Shown piece after piece: positions 1 to 9,544 of a stretch of 64,000 nt of DNA. Under the pieces are notes generated by a model that ran no database searches, was not told the origin of the DNA, and saw only the letters and a program-made list of their open reading frames with translations. The position numbers and the translations under genes are program-made. Origin of the DNA: Candidatus Woesearchaeota archaeon (lineage in GTDB: Archaea > Nanobdellota > Nanobdellia > Woesearchaeales > UBA10216); contig JACPTF010000011.1 of assembly GCA_016192915.1 (NCBI GenBank), positions 2,118 to 66,117 of the forward strand, given 5' to 3'. The first letter of the stretch is position 1, and every line of letters starts with the position of its first letter.

Positions 1-1
1 T

Positions 2-1243
2 TGCGCCAACAACAGCCTTGGCAGCCTCGACCGCTGAAAAAGCAAAAGCGCTTCCCACAACAATAGCGATAACAATAACAGAAGCGCTGAAATTCAGCAG
101 CCGCAAACCGCCAGCCTTAACAAAAATCCTGTCAAGGCCAACAGCCCATATAATGGCAAGGGCAGGAAGGGCAGGAAGGAAAAGACGAGCCTGAGTGCCG
201 CCCGTGTTCATTACGTAAAGGACAAGCGCAACCAGAAAAAGGGCAAGCCAGCCAAAAACAAGGCCCCTGTGCTTTTTAACGGAGAACAGCCCGGCAACAA
301 CCGGGAAAAAGAACACGAAAGTAATGGCAAGCCATGCGGAGATGAAAAATCCTGAGAATGGAATGCTTACAAAGGAAAGGGCCGCCAGGCTGCCCAGTGG
401 CACGCCAAAGCTTTCAAGGTAAAACCTTGCTGCGTGCACTGGGAAAAAAGCAGAAGCGACTGAAAAGTCAGGGACATGCGAAACTATCTTTCCCCCAAGA
501 ATCTTATAAAGGTAAGGCCACAACGGGTTGCCAAGCAGGACATAATTGCGAATGAACCAAGGAAGGCCAATGACACCCATGATTAATCCTGAAACAGCTG
601 ATTTGGAAAGAAAAATTCTTGGCTGCTGCCTGTAATAAACAAGCAGCGCAACAAAAAACAGGGGAAGCATGAAAAACATGTGCTGCTTCGACACCAGCCC
701 AAGCCCCATAAAAACAGCAGAGAGGTAAATCCTCCTGCAGAAAAGCAAATAGACGGAAACAACAGCAAGAAAAAGGGCAAGCGACTCAACAAACGAAATG
801 GCGCTGGCATTCATGTGCAAAGGCAGGAAAGCAACGAACAGGGTGGCAAAAAAACCAATCCTCGAATTGAACAGCTTTCTTCCAAGAAGGAAAATGAAAG
901 GCAACGACAGTGTTCCAAACAGCGGCGAAACGAACTTAACAGCAAACTCGGCAGCAGGAATGCTGAGTAAGCTGAAGATTTTGTAAACGGAGGCAGTGAT
1001 AACGTGGTAAAGCGGCGGGGCAGCGAAAACCTCCCTCTCACTGATGCCAAAAGGCTCCAGAAAAGGCATGCGGCCGTTCTCAGCAATAAACCTTGAGACA
1101 GAAAGGTGCCAGCACGCATCACCGGCAGGATGGCTCAGCGCAGCAAGGGCAAAACGAAGCACAGCCGCAGCCACTATGACGGCAACGGCGAGCTTAAAAT
1201 AATTGTCCTTAAACTCGCATTTAAGCCTGCCAATGAACCCCAT
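2..1243 (-). CDS. GT-C fold membrane glycosyltransferase (ArnT/PMT-like), 3' end beyond window edge
   Basis: Not in the ORF track because it runs off the edge. Hand translation from ATG at 1243 gives MGFIGRLKCEFKDNYFKLAVAVIVAAAVLRFALAALSHPAGDACWHL...PPLYH...PWFIRNYVLLGNPLWP...ARLFLPALP, with many TM segments and no stop to the edge. Confidence 0.85.
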   Translation of the reverse strand, partial: MGFIGRLKCEFKDNYFKLAVAVIVAAAVLRFALAALSHPAGDACWHLSVSRFIAENGRMPFLEPFGISEREVFAAPPLYHVITASVYKIFSLLSIPAAEFAVKFVSPLFGTLSLPFIFLLGRKLFNSRIGFFATLFVAFLPLHMNASAISFVESLALFLAVVSVYLLFCRRIYLSAVFMGLGLVSKQHMFFMLPLFFVALLVYYRQQPRIFLSKSAVSGLIMGVIGLPWFIRNYVLLGNPLWPYLYKILGGKIVSHVPDFSVASAFFPVHAARFYLESFGVPLGSLAALSFVSIPFSGFFISAWLAITFVFFFPVVAGLFSVKKHRGLVFGWLALFLVALVLYVMNTGGTQARLFLPALPALAIIWAVGLDRIFVKAGGLRLLNFSASVIVIAIVVGSAFAFSAVEAAKAVVGA

Positions 1244-1322
1244 AGCAGAGAAGAACCTTCAAAATAATATATAAACATTGCTGAAAATTAGAAAACGACA
1301 TAAGTTAAGCGGACTAAGCCGT

Positions 1323-1441
1323 TTCAGCATCGGCACAAGTCGGCAGTAGCCGACTGTGCAATCCTGCCAAAGCAGGATTTGCAGCAGCCGATGCGCATTC
1401 AGCATCGGTAGTAACCGATGCGCATCGACCGAAGGTCGATG
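1323..1441. repeat. Cluster of GC-rich nested hairpins (palindromic element)
   Basis: Outer stem GCATCGGC/GCCGATGC (1327-1334/1387-1394) encloses two hairpins at 1333-1359 and 1358-1382. Two further perfect hairpins lie at 1402-1421 and 1423-1441. TTCAGCATCGG occurs twice. Confidence 0.85.
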
Positions 1442-1445
1442 GACC

Positions 1446-3656
1446 CTAGGTCAATGTAAACACAAAAGCCGCCTCGCCCTGGTTAGCAATGGTGAAAAGG
1501 CCCGAAGAGGCAACAGCATTAATTAAGGAAACAGTCCTGTTCAGGCCAAAGTTCTTCACTTCAATCCCGCCAATAATAAAGTAGTCGTAGCTGTTGTCGC
1601 GAAGAAAGCTGTGAAGCTCAGATGGCGTGACGTTAAAGAAGCGCTGCCTCATTCTGTATTCAGGCTCGCACCAGCCGCAGGAGTACTTGTCAGAGCCAAT
1701 AACCTGGTCAGGATTCGAGAAAGTGAAAACCTTGGTGTTAGGCGGCAGTGTCCTGAGCCAGCCGTAAACGAGCAGCTCACTAGGCACAGGGCAGTTTGAG
1801 CCCTGCTCAAGCACATAGTTGCCGCCCCAGAACGCCCCGGAAGGCCAGCAAGCAGTATTCAAGTCAAGCTTCGGCTTTGCCGACGTGAAAAAAATTCCCA
1901 CAACAAAGACAGCTATGATTGCAAGCTTTACAGCCGTAACCGCTGAAGCATCAAGCTTAAAGCGGCTCACCAATCCCAGCAGGGCAAAAAGGCCCTCGGA
2001 AGCCAGCATAGCTGCAGGAACTGCCAGGATCATCCAAAAACGGAAGGCAAAAAGGCCAACCGGAAGGTCAAAGGTCTGGTTGTTGACGCCAAGGAAGGCA
2101 AAAAGAAGCCAGCCAAGAAGAATTGCAAGATAGATCACCTGCCTGCGCTCAGCATTGCGCCTCGCAGCTGCAATAACTGCAACAACTGAAAGCAGGAAAG
2201 CCACAGCAAGCAAAACAAGAACCAGCGAAATTGCAAAAACACCGCCATACGAAGGAGGATTAACCCAATTCTGGGGCCTCAAGGGGCCATCACGCCCGTA
2301 AAAGCCCTGCTGGAACTCAAGCGTGCTTGAAGTCAGCAGGATTACCAAAATAATGACAACGACAGCAGCAACAGGAATAACCACCCTGGGCCTTGGCAGG
2401 AGCTTAACAAAGCCAAGAACTGCAGACACCAAACCTGCGGCCATGAGAATGAAGGCAAAAACCCCAAAGCCAACAGGATTATTAACCATGTTCTGGCTCT
2501 GTGCAATAAAGAAGTCCCTAAAAGTGTAAACCCTTGTGGCAGTACCGCTGTCAGGATTCAAAGCGTGAGTGACCAGCCTGATAAGCTTGACTATGACGTT
2601 TGGGGATTGCCTGATGGCGGCCGTGGCAGCCTCAGGACCGTCCTTGAAACTGCCAGCGGCCTTGCTTGCAAAAACCCTCCACTTGAATCCCCACCAGAAA
2701 AGCGAGAGCAAAACACCCAGAATTGCAGCCTTGATGCTGCCTGCATTCTGCTGCACCCACGATTTATTGTCAGCGATTAAGCCCGAAAGCAGCTTAATGC
2801 CAAGGTAGATTGCAACGAAAACAGAAAGCTTTACTGCATGCGTGGGATGGATAAGCAGGACTGAAGCAAAACAGATGGCAGCCACAACCCACCATTTCCT
2901 GCCATGCCTGATCATCTCAAATGCGTACATTGCCGGGAAGAAAGCCACAAGGGCAAAAGCAGGAGCCCAGATAAAATGGCTCAGGTAAGCAGGAACGCTT
3001 GCCAGGACAAAAGTGGCGAACAGGGCCTTTTTACTGCTGCCCATGAACTCCTTGGCAAAAAAATAAAAGAATATTATGCTCAAGGAGATGACCAAGGCGT
3101 TGAAGAACTTCACAACCCAGTAAACTGATGAAGACACCTGGTTAAGCACGCCAAAAAACATGTCATAGCCTGGAGGATAAGGGTCCATGTACTGGCTCTG
3201 GAAGAATTGGGACGCAAAGGCCGTCTTCTCGATTGAGACATACGCTATGCCACGAACATGGGTCCAAGAGTCATCATCCTCAAGGTAAGCATAGCTGAAA
3301 GCCCCTGAAATGTACATGTAAGCAGTAAAGGCGAATACCAGCAGAAGGATGAGGACATTGACATCCGAAAGCCTGAGCCTCAAAGAGGGGGCATTCAGCT
3401 GCCTGTAACCCTTCCTGAAGATAAGACAATATAAAGGCACAGCAACCGACGCAAAAAGGAAAACCCGCCAGTCCAGTGGAATGCGAAACGCATTAAGGGC
3501 CATGCCCAAAACAGTGAATGCTGAAAAGCCAATTCCTAAGCGCATCAGGTTGCGCTCAAGGAAATGCTCACTCTCCCTCGCCAGCCTGGTTGCTGAAAAG
3601 CCAAGCCCCCACGTGTAAACGAAGAAAAGCAGGATTGCGAAAAGCGAAGCAGCCAT
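1446..3656 (-). CDS. Large multi-pass membrane protein, probable GT-C glycosyltransferase
   Basis: More than 12 hydrophobic segments, an acidic first-loop motif EDDDSWTH, YPPGY, and a C-terminal soluble domain. ATG at 3656 is preferred because of its spacing from the TATA-like box at ~3680-3688. Confidence 0.75.
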   Translation of the reverse strand: MAASLFAILLFFVYTWGLGFSATRLARESEHFLERNLMRLGIGFSAFTVLGMALNAFRIPLDWRVFLFASVAVPLYCLIFRKGYRQLNAPSLRLRLSDVNVLILLLVFAFTAYMYISGAFSYAYLEDDDSWTHVRGIAYVSIEKTAFASQFFQSQYMDPYPPGYDMFFGVLNQVSSSVYWVVKFFNALVISLSIIFFYFFAKEFMGSSKKALFATFVLASVPAYLSHFIWAPAFALVAFFPAMYAFEMIRHGRKWWVVAAICFASVLLIHPTHAVKLSVFVAIYLGIKLLSGLIADNKSWVQQNAGSIKAAILGVLLSLFWWGFKWRVFASKAAGSFKDGPEAATAAIRQSPNVIVKLIRLVTHALNPDSGTATRVYTFRDFFIAQSQNMVNNPVGFGVFAFILMAAGLVSAVLGFVKLLPRPRVVIPVAAVVVIILVILLTSSTLEFQQGFYGRDGPLRPQNWVNPPSYGGVFAISLVLVLLAVAFLLSVVAVIAAARRNAERRQVIYLAILLGWLLFAFLGVNNQTFDLPVGLFAFRFWMILAVPAAMLASEGLFALLGLVSRFKLDASAVTAVKLAIIAVFVVGIFFTSAKPKLDLNTACWPSGAFWGGNYVLEQGSNCPVPSELLVYGWLRTLPPNTKVFTFSNPDQVIGSDKYSCGWCEPEYRMRQRFFNVTPSELHSFLRDNSYDYFIIGGIEVKNFGLNRTVSLINAVASSGLFTIANQGEAAFVFTLT

Positions 3657-3711
3657 TGACGGGGAAGGCTGCTGCAAAGATATATAAATTTAACTGGGGC
3701 AACTGGGAAAT

Positions 3712-3819
3712 ATGAATGATTTACAAAGGGTAATTGCTGCCTTGGCATTCTTGTGGACAGCCTTCCTGTTCGCGCTTTACATCTTCAACTACTACAAGCT
3801 ATACACGGGTGGGGCTTGA
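3712..3819 (+). CDS. 35-aa single-TM microprotein preceding GT-C gene
   Basis: MNDLQRVIAALAFLWTAFLFALYIFNYYKLYTGGA*. A TATA-like box lies ~25 bp upstream, and it is similar to the ORF at 28564-28671. Confidence 0.7.
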   Translation: MNDLQRVIAALAFLWTAFLFALYIFNYYKLYTGGA

Positions 3820-5688
3820 GTGATAACCGAACTTGCTTACCTCATATTTATTGCAGCCGGGGCATTAGCTGTTGGCAACATCGCCAGACAGCCCTTTCAT
3901 AAATCCCAATCAAGGCTGGAGGAGTTCCTCGTAAGCAGCGGATTGGGGTTCGTAATCATCTCGGCCGCTTTTTTTATCCTCGGAGCCTTAAAGCTGTACA
4001 TAACGCCAGTATTAGTAGCTGCTGATGTTGTGCTGCTGCTCCTGATTGCTGTACAGGCAAAGAATCTCGCTGCAATTGCAATACCAGACATATCTTGGCT
4101 TAAAGATTCACCGCCAATATCAAAGCTCATCTTTGCTGCCTTTGTTCTGTTTGCCGCCCTTAATTTTATTGCCTCAGCCGCACCGCCAACAAGCGCTGAC
4201 GCGCTCGTGCACCACTTGACAGCCCCGAAGATTTACCTTTCTGAGCACGGCATCGTAAACATTCCCTCATTGCAGCTGATGACAGAAGCGCCAATGTCTG
4301 TCAACATGATTTACCTCTACGGGCTGCAGCTGCTGAACGGAAAATTGGCGCAGATGACTGCGTGGTACCTCTCTTTCCTTGCGGCGCTTGCTGTGTTTAT
4401 GATTACGGCCAGGATAACAACCAAACAAGCTGCTGTTGTGGCTGCAACATTATTCGCGACCATGCCAATATTCTCTGTGTTTAACGTAAGGCCTTACGTT
4501 GACATACCACTGGCGTTCTTTGCGCTGCTTGCAACACACTTGTTCCTGCAGTGGCTGGAACGAAATGAGACAAAACATGCCGTACTTACCGGGCTTTTCA
4601 TGGGAATGGCTGTATCAGCCAAGAACACAGGCCTACTCACCGGGGCGGCATTTGCAATAACAATAGCTGTAATGTTCCTGAGGGCACCGGCTGACAAAAA
4701 AGCCAGATTTGCCGCACAGGCTGCCATAATCGGAGTAGTTGCCGCGGCAATGCTGGCGCCGTGGCTGATTAAAAGCTACCTGAACACAGGAGACCCAATG
4801 CACCCGTTCCTGTATGAATACTTCCAGGGCACTTACTGGAACAACGACCTGGGAAGGACGCTGCTGGAGTTTCACAGAAGCCACGGAATAGGATTTTCGC
4901 TGCCATCACTTATTTCATTTCCATTCAAAATAACCGTAAATCCGCAGCTGTTCGCTGACACTGCAGGCGTAACCCCTGTTTTTCTGGGTTTTCTGCCGCT
5001 GCTGTGGCCGCTGCGAAAGAAAGTTCCAAGGCAAATAACTACCCTGCTAATGTTCGTTGCCATGCTGGTTGTGCTGCAGTTCTTCACCGCCCAGCAGACA
5101 AGATACATGTTCCTGGCATGGGGAATACTGAGCATCATCACGGCTTACATAGTGCACTCATTCAGGACAGAAAGACTTATTCAGGCAGGGCTTTATGCGC
5201 TTGTTGCAATGAGCCTGGCAATGAATGCTGCACTTTGGGCGGCTGCGAATCTGGATGACTTGCCTGCGGCTGCCGGACTGCAACCTGAAAAGGAGTACTT
5301 AATGAAGAAAGTGCCAACCTATGCTGCCACAGAATACCTTGCTGCCGCAGATAAAAACGGAACTGCGTGCTGGTACGGGGAAGGCAGGGGATTCTGGGCC
5401 AAAAACCCTTACGTGTGGTGCAACCCGCTCTACCAGGCGTATGTTGACTTTTTGGAAATAAAAACGCCACAGCAGCTCTCACAAAGGCTAAAGGAGATCA
5501 ACATTTCATACGTCCTTTACGAGAAAAGGATGCGGCAACCTCCCCTTTACGGAAAGAAAAAAGTATACTCTGACAAAACTGCAGAATACTACTTCAGCAG
5601 CAACCAGCTTATGCAGGCTTACCTTGGCGGCTTTGGCACGAAGATTTACGAAGACAACAATACAGAGGTGTACAAAGTTGCAGGGTAG
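3820..5688 (+). CDS. GT-C fold membrane glycosyltransferase (paralog of 28673-30562)
   Basis: Motifs APPTSADALVHHLTAPKIY and PWLIKSYLNTGDPMHPF, many TM helices and a C-terminal extracellular domain. Confidence 0.8.
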   Translation: MITELAYLIFIAAGALAVGNIARQPFHKSQSRLEEFLVSSGLGFVIISAAFFILGALKLYITPVLVAADVVLLLLIAVQAKNLAAIAIPDISWLKDSPPISKLIFAAFVLFAALNFIASAAPPTSADALVHHLTAPKIYLSEHGIVNIPSLQLMTEAPMSVNMIYLYGLQLLNGKLAQMTAWYLSFLAALAVFMITARITTKQAAVVAATLFATMPIFSVFNVRPYVDIPLAFFALLATHLFLQWLERNETKHAVLTGLFMGMAVSAKNTGLLTGAAFAITIAVMFLRAPADKKARFAAQAAIIGVVAAAMLAPWLIKSYLNTGDPMHPFLYEYFQGTYWNNDLGRTLLEFHRSHGIGFSLPSLISFPFKITVNPQLFADTAGVTPVFLGFLPLLWPLRKKVPRQITTLLMFVAMLVVLQFFTAQQTRYMFLAWGILSIITAYIVHSFRTERLIQAGLYALVAMSLAMNAALWAAANLDDLPAAAGLQPEKEYLMKKVPTYAATEYLAAADKNGTACWYGEGRGFWAKNPYVWCNPLYQAYVDFLEIKTPQQLSQRLKEINISYVLYEKRMRQPPLYGKKKVYSDKTAEYYFSSNQLMQAYLGGFGTKIYEDNNTEVYKVAG

Positions 5689-5752
5689 CTTAACAGTGTG
5701 TAGCTTAACAGCAAAATTTTTAAGCATGGGCTGAACTTCGGAGCTGAGAAAA

Positions 5753-6952
5753 ATGGCTGATCCTGGCACAAAATATGACGCGGCAATCGTTGGAGGGCTG
5801 GGGCACGTAGGGCTGCCGCTGGCGATAACCTTTGCAGACAAGGGCCTCAGAGTTTGCGCTTACGACATCAGCAAGGAGCATGCTGAGCTTGTAAGGAGAG
5901 GGGCAATGCCGTTCATTGAGTACGGGGCAGAGCCAGTCCTCAAGAAGGTCCTCGCAAATGGCATGCTCACCATCTCAACAGACCCAAACGAGCTGTCAGC
6001 TGCAAAACACATCATAATTGCGATAGGCACTCCAGTTGACGAATACCTGAACCCGAAGACAAGGCAATTCATGGAAATAATCAGCGGGCTGAAAAAGCAC
6101 ATTAGCAACAGCCAAACCATAATCATAAGAAGCACAGTCTACCCGAACACGTGCAGGCAGCTTTACAACATGCTCAGCCAAAACGGCAAAGAAGAATGGC
6201 ACGTGGCATACTGCCCTGAAAGGATAGTGCAGGGCCACTCCATGAAAGAGCTTCTTGAGCTGCCACAACTAGTAGCAGGATTCAGCGAGAAAGCCATAAA
6301 AGAGGCCGGCGACCTTTTCGGCAGAATCTCGCCAAAGATAATCCACGTTGCAATGGGTGAAGCAGAACTGGCGAAGCTTTTTGCCAATGCCTGGAGATAC
6401 ATCCAATTTGCGGTAACAAACCAATTTTACATGATAGCGCACAGCTTCGGAACGGATTATAACAAGGTCAGAAAGGCAATGATGGACGGCTACAAAAGGG
6501 CTGAAGCCATTCCAACAGCAGGGTTTGCTGCCGGGCCATGCCTGCTGAAAGACACAATGCAGCTTGCTGCCTACAGCGGGAACAGCTTCCTTCTCGGCCA
6601 CACCGCAATGATGGTAAATGAGGGGCTGCCGCACTTCATTGTTGAAGACATAAAGAAAAGGCACGACATTGCCAAGGCAAAAGTTGGAATACTTGGAATG
6701 GCTTTCAAGGCAGACATCGATGACGTCCGCGATTCCTTGTCGTTCAAGCTCGGAAAAATCCTGAGGTTTAACGGCGCAAAGGTGTACTATTCTGACGAGT
6801 ATGCGAAGAACCCTGACTTTGTCACAAAAGAAGAGCTCATAAAGCAAAGCGATGTCGTCATAGTGGCTGTTCCGCATTCGGCATACAAAGGGCTGGCCAT
6901 CCCAAAGGGGAAGGAAGTGGTAGACCTCTGGGACGTAGTCAAGCAGGAATGA
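5753..6952 (+). CDS. Nucleotide-sugar dehydrogenase (UDP-glucose/GDP-mannose dehydrogenase family)
   Basis: GGLGHVGLP Rossmann motif, IRSTVYP, YCPERI, AELAKL, catalytic GPCLLKD and GMAFKADIDDVRDS. Confidence 0.9.
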   Translation: MADPGTKYDAAIVGGLGHVGLPLAITFADKGLRVCAYDISKEHAELVRRGAMPFIEYGAEPVLKKVLANGMLTISTDPNELSAAKHIIIAIGTPVDEYLNPKTRQFMEIISGLKKHISNSQTIIIRSTVYPNTCRQLYNMLSQNGKEEWHVAYCPERIVQGHSMKELLELPQLVAGFSEKAIKEAGDLFGRISPKIIHVAMGEAELAKLFANAWRYIQFAVTNQFYMIAHSFGTDYNKVRKAMMDGYKRAEAIPTAGFAAGPCLLKDTMQLAAYSGNSFLLGHTAMMVNEGLPHFIVEDIKKRHDIAKAKVGILGMAFKADIDDVRDSLSFKLGKILRFNGAKVYYSDEYAKNPDFVTKEELIKQSDVVIVAVPHSAYKGLAIPKGKEVVDLWDVVKQE

Positions 6953-7026
6953 TTTTTTCGGCATGATTCTGGCATAATACCGACCTGACCAAATCATTTA
7001 AATATCGCAGTTCAGGCACACCGCCC

Positions 7027-7791
7027 ATGAAATACGGCAAGGTACTGCTCACCGGAGGCTCGGGCACTCTGGGGGGGCACATACTCAAGTCAGGGCTGTT
7101 CAAGAACATTATTGCACCGAGCAGCGCAGAACTGGACATAACAAACGCAGCCGCTGTTGAAAAATTCTTTGAAGAGAACGACTTTGATGCCGTGATACAC
7201 TGCGCTGCCCTTGCCAGGATTAGCGAGTGCGAGAAAGAGCCTGAAAAAGCCATGCTGATAAACGCAGTAGGAACGAGCAACCTAGTGGTTGCAGCCATCA
7301 AAAAAGAGGCCGAAACAGGCAGAAAGACAAGGTTCATCCACATTTCAACAGATGGCGTTTACCAGAGCACAAAAGGAGACTACTCTGAAACAGATGAAGC
7401 CATGCCATACAACAGGTACGGGTGGGCAAAGCTCGCGGCAGAAGCATCGGTAAATGTGCTGGCAAACTTCTGCATCATAAGGACAAGATTCCTTGACACG
7501 AAAAACATAAAATATGACGCCTATGCGACAGACTCATACACATCGATAATACCCGTCGATGAACTGGTGAAGGCAATAGCCATCATGGCTGACAGCGAAT
7601 TCGTAGGCACAATAAACGTTGGCGGACAGAAAGTATCCGACTACGACGCCTACAAAAGATACAAGCCAACGATAAAGCCGTGCAAATTCGAAGACATACA
7701 GGGCAAAACCCCTTTCAAGCTGTCAAAAGACGCGTCAATGAATGTTTCGCTGTGGAAAAAGATACAGAAGCAAGCGGGAGCCGAGAAATGA
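7027..7791 (+). CDS. RmlD-like NDP-4-keto-sugar reductase (SDR)
   Basis: TGGSGTLG, VIHCAA, HISTDGVY and YGWAK (YxxxK). Confidence 0.8.
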   Translation: MKYGKVLLTGGSGTLGGHILKSGLFKNIIAPSSAELDITNAAAVEKFFEENDFDAVIHCAALARISECEKEPEKAMLINAVGTSNLVVAAIKKEAETGRKTRFIHISTDGVYQSTKGDYSETDEAMPYNRYGWAKLAAEASVNVLANFCIIRTRFLDTKNIKYDAYATDSYTSIIPVDELVKAIAIMADSEFVGTINVGGQKVSDYDAYKRYKPTIKPCKFEDIQGKTPFKLSKDASMNVSLWKKIQKQAGAEK

Positions 7792-8537
7792 AAACAGCAA
7801 CGCCAGCAAAAACATCACAGAAGCTGAAGCTGACTATAATAATGCCGGTCAGAAATGAGGGCGTTAACCTGAAGATGATACTCAAGATAATCAACTCGCT
7901 GATGGAGGAGCCTTACGAGACACTTGTCGTATATGACAGCCCAGAAGACGACAGCATACCAGTTGCAGCAGAAATGCAAAAGAAAAACCCTGCTGTTAAG
8001 CTGCTGCACAACGCACTAGGAAGAGGGGTTATCAACGCAGTGAAAACAGGGGTTGCTGCTGCGAAAGGAGAGTATGTGCTCATCCTGCCAGCAGATGACA
8101 TGGGAGCAATATTTGGGATAAGCAAGATGCTTGCAGAGGTAGAAAAAGGCTACGACATGGTCAGCGCAACAAGATATGCGAAAGGCGGCAAGGTAGTTGG
8201 AGGCGCGTTAATTAGCAGGCTACTGTCAAGAATAGCAAACAAGCTCTTCAGGGTGTTTGCAGGCTCGGCACTAACAGACTCGACAGTGGGAATAAAAATG
8301 TTCAAACGCAGCGTGTTTAACAGGATAAATTTTGAGTGCAAACCGGTAGGATGGGCATTCGCGTTTGAGATGGCAATAAAATCGCACATGCTTGGGCTGA
8401 AAGTGTCAGAAGTGCCCATTGTCTCAATAAACAGGTTCTACGGAGGAACATCAACATTCAAGCTCAACAAATGGGCATCAGAATACCTAAGATGGTTCAT
8501 GTGGGGGCTGGTGCATGTGAGGTTCAGAAAAAAGTGA
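7788..8537 (+). CDS. GT2 polyprenol-phosphate glycosyltransferase (DPM1-like)
   Basis: IIMPVRNEG, VVYDS, PADD and SATRYAKGG. The ATG at 7788 overlaps the upstream stop (ATGA). Confidence 0.85.
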   Translation: MKTATPAKTSQKLKLTIIMPVRNEGVNLKMILKIINSLMEEPYETLVVYDSPEDDSIPVAAEMQKKNPAVKLLHNALGRGVINAVKTGVAAAKGEYVLILPADDMGAIFGISKMLAEVEKGYDMVSATRYAKGGKVVGGALISRLLSRIANKLFRVFAGSALTDSTVGIKMFKRSVFNRINFECKPVGWAFAFEMAIKSHMLGLKVSEVPIVSINRFYGGTSTFKLNKWASEYLRWFMWGLVHVRFRKK

Positions 8538-9544
8538 AACCGAAGAAATACCTTGTCACAGGAGGAAGCGGATTTATCGGGAGCGCCATTGTAAAGAGGC
8601 TTGTGAAAGCAGGAAACGAAGTCAGGGTGCTCGACAACGATTTGAGGGGGGCTTCTGAAAGGCTAAAGGAAGTGGCCAGAAAAATAGAGCTTGTGCAAGC
8701 TGATATACGCGATGCTGAAGCAGTCAGGAAAGCGTGCAGAGGCGTTGACTCAGTGATACACCTCGCATATTTGCAAGGAACCCAGTTCTTCTACACAAAG
8801 CCCGAGCTAGTGCTTGACATAGGAGTAAAGGGCATGATAAACGTAATTGACGGCTGCATAAAGGAAAACGTGAAGGAGATTGCAGTGGCATCAAGCTCAG
8901 AAGTCTACAACATGCCGCCAAAAATCCCCACAGACGAAACCGCCCCTCTTACGATTCCAGACCCGCTCAACCCCAGATACTCGTACTCTGCCGGAAAAAT
9001 AATAAGCGAGATGATGGCAATAAACTACGGGAGAAAGCACTTTGACCGCGCACTAATATTCAGGCCGCACAATGTCTACGGCCCGGACATGGGATGGGAG
9101 CACGTAATACCGCAACTCACGCTAAAAATAAGGGGAATAGCCGCTGCTGCCGGAAAAACGATAAAAGTCCCAATACAAGGCACAGGAAAGGAAACAAGGG
9201 CATTCATCTACATCGAGGACTTTGCAGATGGCCTGATGATCCTGCTTGAGAAAGGGGAGCACCTGGGAATATACCACATAGGAACAATGGACGAGATGAC
9301 AATAGCAGACGTCGCAAAGGAGATAGGCAACTACTTTGGGAAAATTGCCGAAATCGTACCAGGAAAGGCTGCAAAAGGCTCGCCAGCAAGAAGGTGCCCT
9401 GACACAACAAAGCTCAAAAAGCTCGGATTCAAAACAAAAACGCCATTCAGGGAAGGGCTTGCAATGACAGCCAAATGGTACGACCAGAACGCTGATAAGC
9501 AGCCAAAGGTTTCAAGCGAAGGCGGGAGGCTATATGAACGCTAG
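8534..9544 (+). CDS. NAD-dependent nucleotide-sugar epimerase/decarboxylase (extended SDR)
   Basis: TGGSGFIGS, ASSSEVY, YSAGK, RPHNVYGP and RRCPD. The GTG start overlaps the previous stop. Confidence 0.85.
   Translation: MKPKKYLVTGGSGFIGSAIVKRLVKAGNEVRVLDNDLRGASERLKEVARKIELVQADIRDAEAVRKACRGVDSVIHLAYLQGTQFFYTKPELVLDIGVKGMINVIDGCIKENVKEIAVASSSEVYNMPPKIPTDETAPLTIPDPLNPRYSYSAGKIISEMMAINYGRKHFDRALIFRPHNVYGPDMGWEHVIPQLTLKIRGIAAAAGKTIKVPIQGTGKETRAFIYIEDFADGLMILLEKGEHLGIYHIGTMDEMTIADVAKEIGNYFGKIAEIVPGKAAKGSPARRCPDTTKLKKLGFKTKTPFREGLAMTAKWYDQNADKQPKVSSEGGRLYER

Noticed and set aside
1306-1320. AAGCGGACTAAG resembling the 11-bp unit at 43 kb
   Set aside because: A single isolated partial match, expected by chance.
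1323-1441. Hairpin cluster as a tRNA
   Set aside because: There is no T-loop GTTCRA, D-loop GG or 7-nt anticodon loop. The loops are 3-4 nt.
3817-3822. In-frame TGA before the GT-C gene as selenocysteine, readthrough or an alternative genetic code
   Set aside because: The paralogous locus has the same stop out of frame by one base, and TGA ends many normal genes in the window.
5685-5711. 12-bp direct repeat GTAGCTTAACAG twice
   Set aside because: A single short duplication at a gene end with no other copies noticed.
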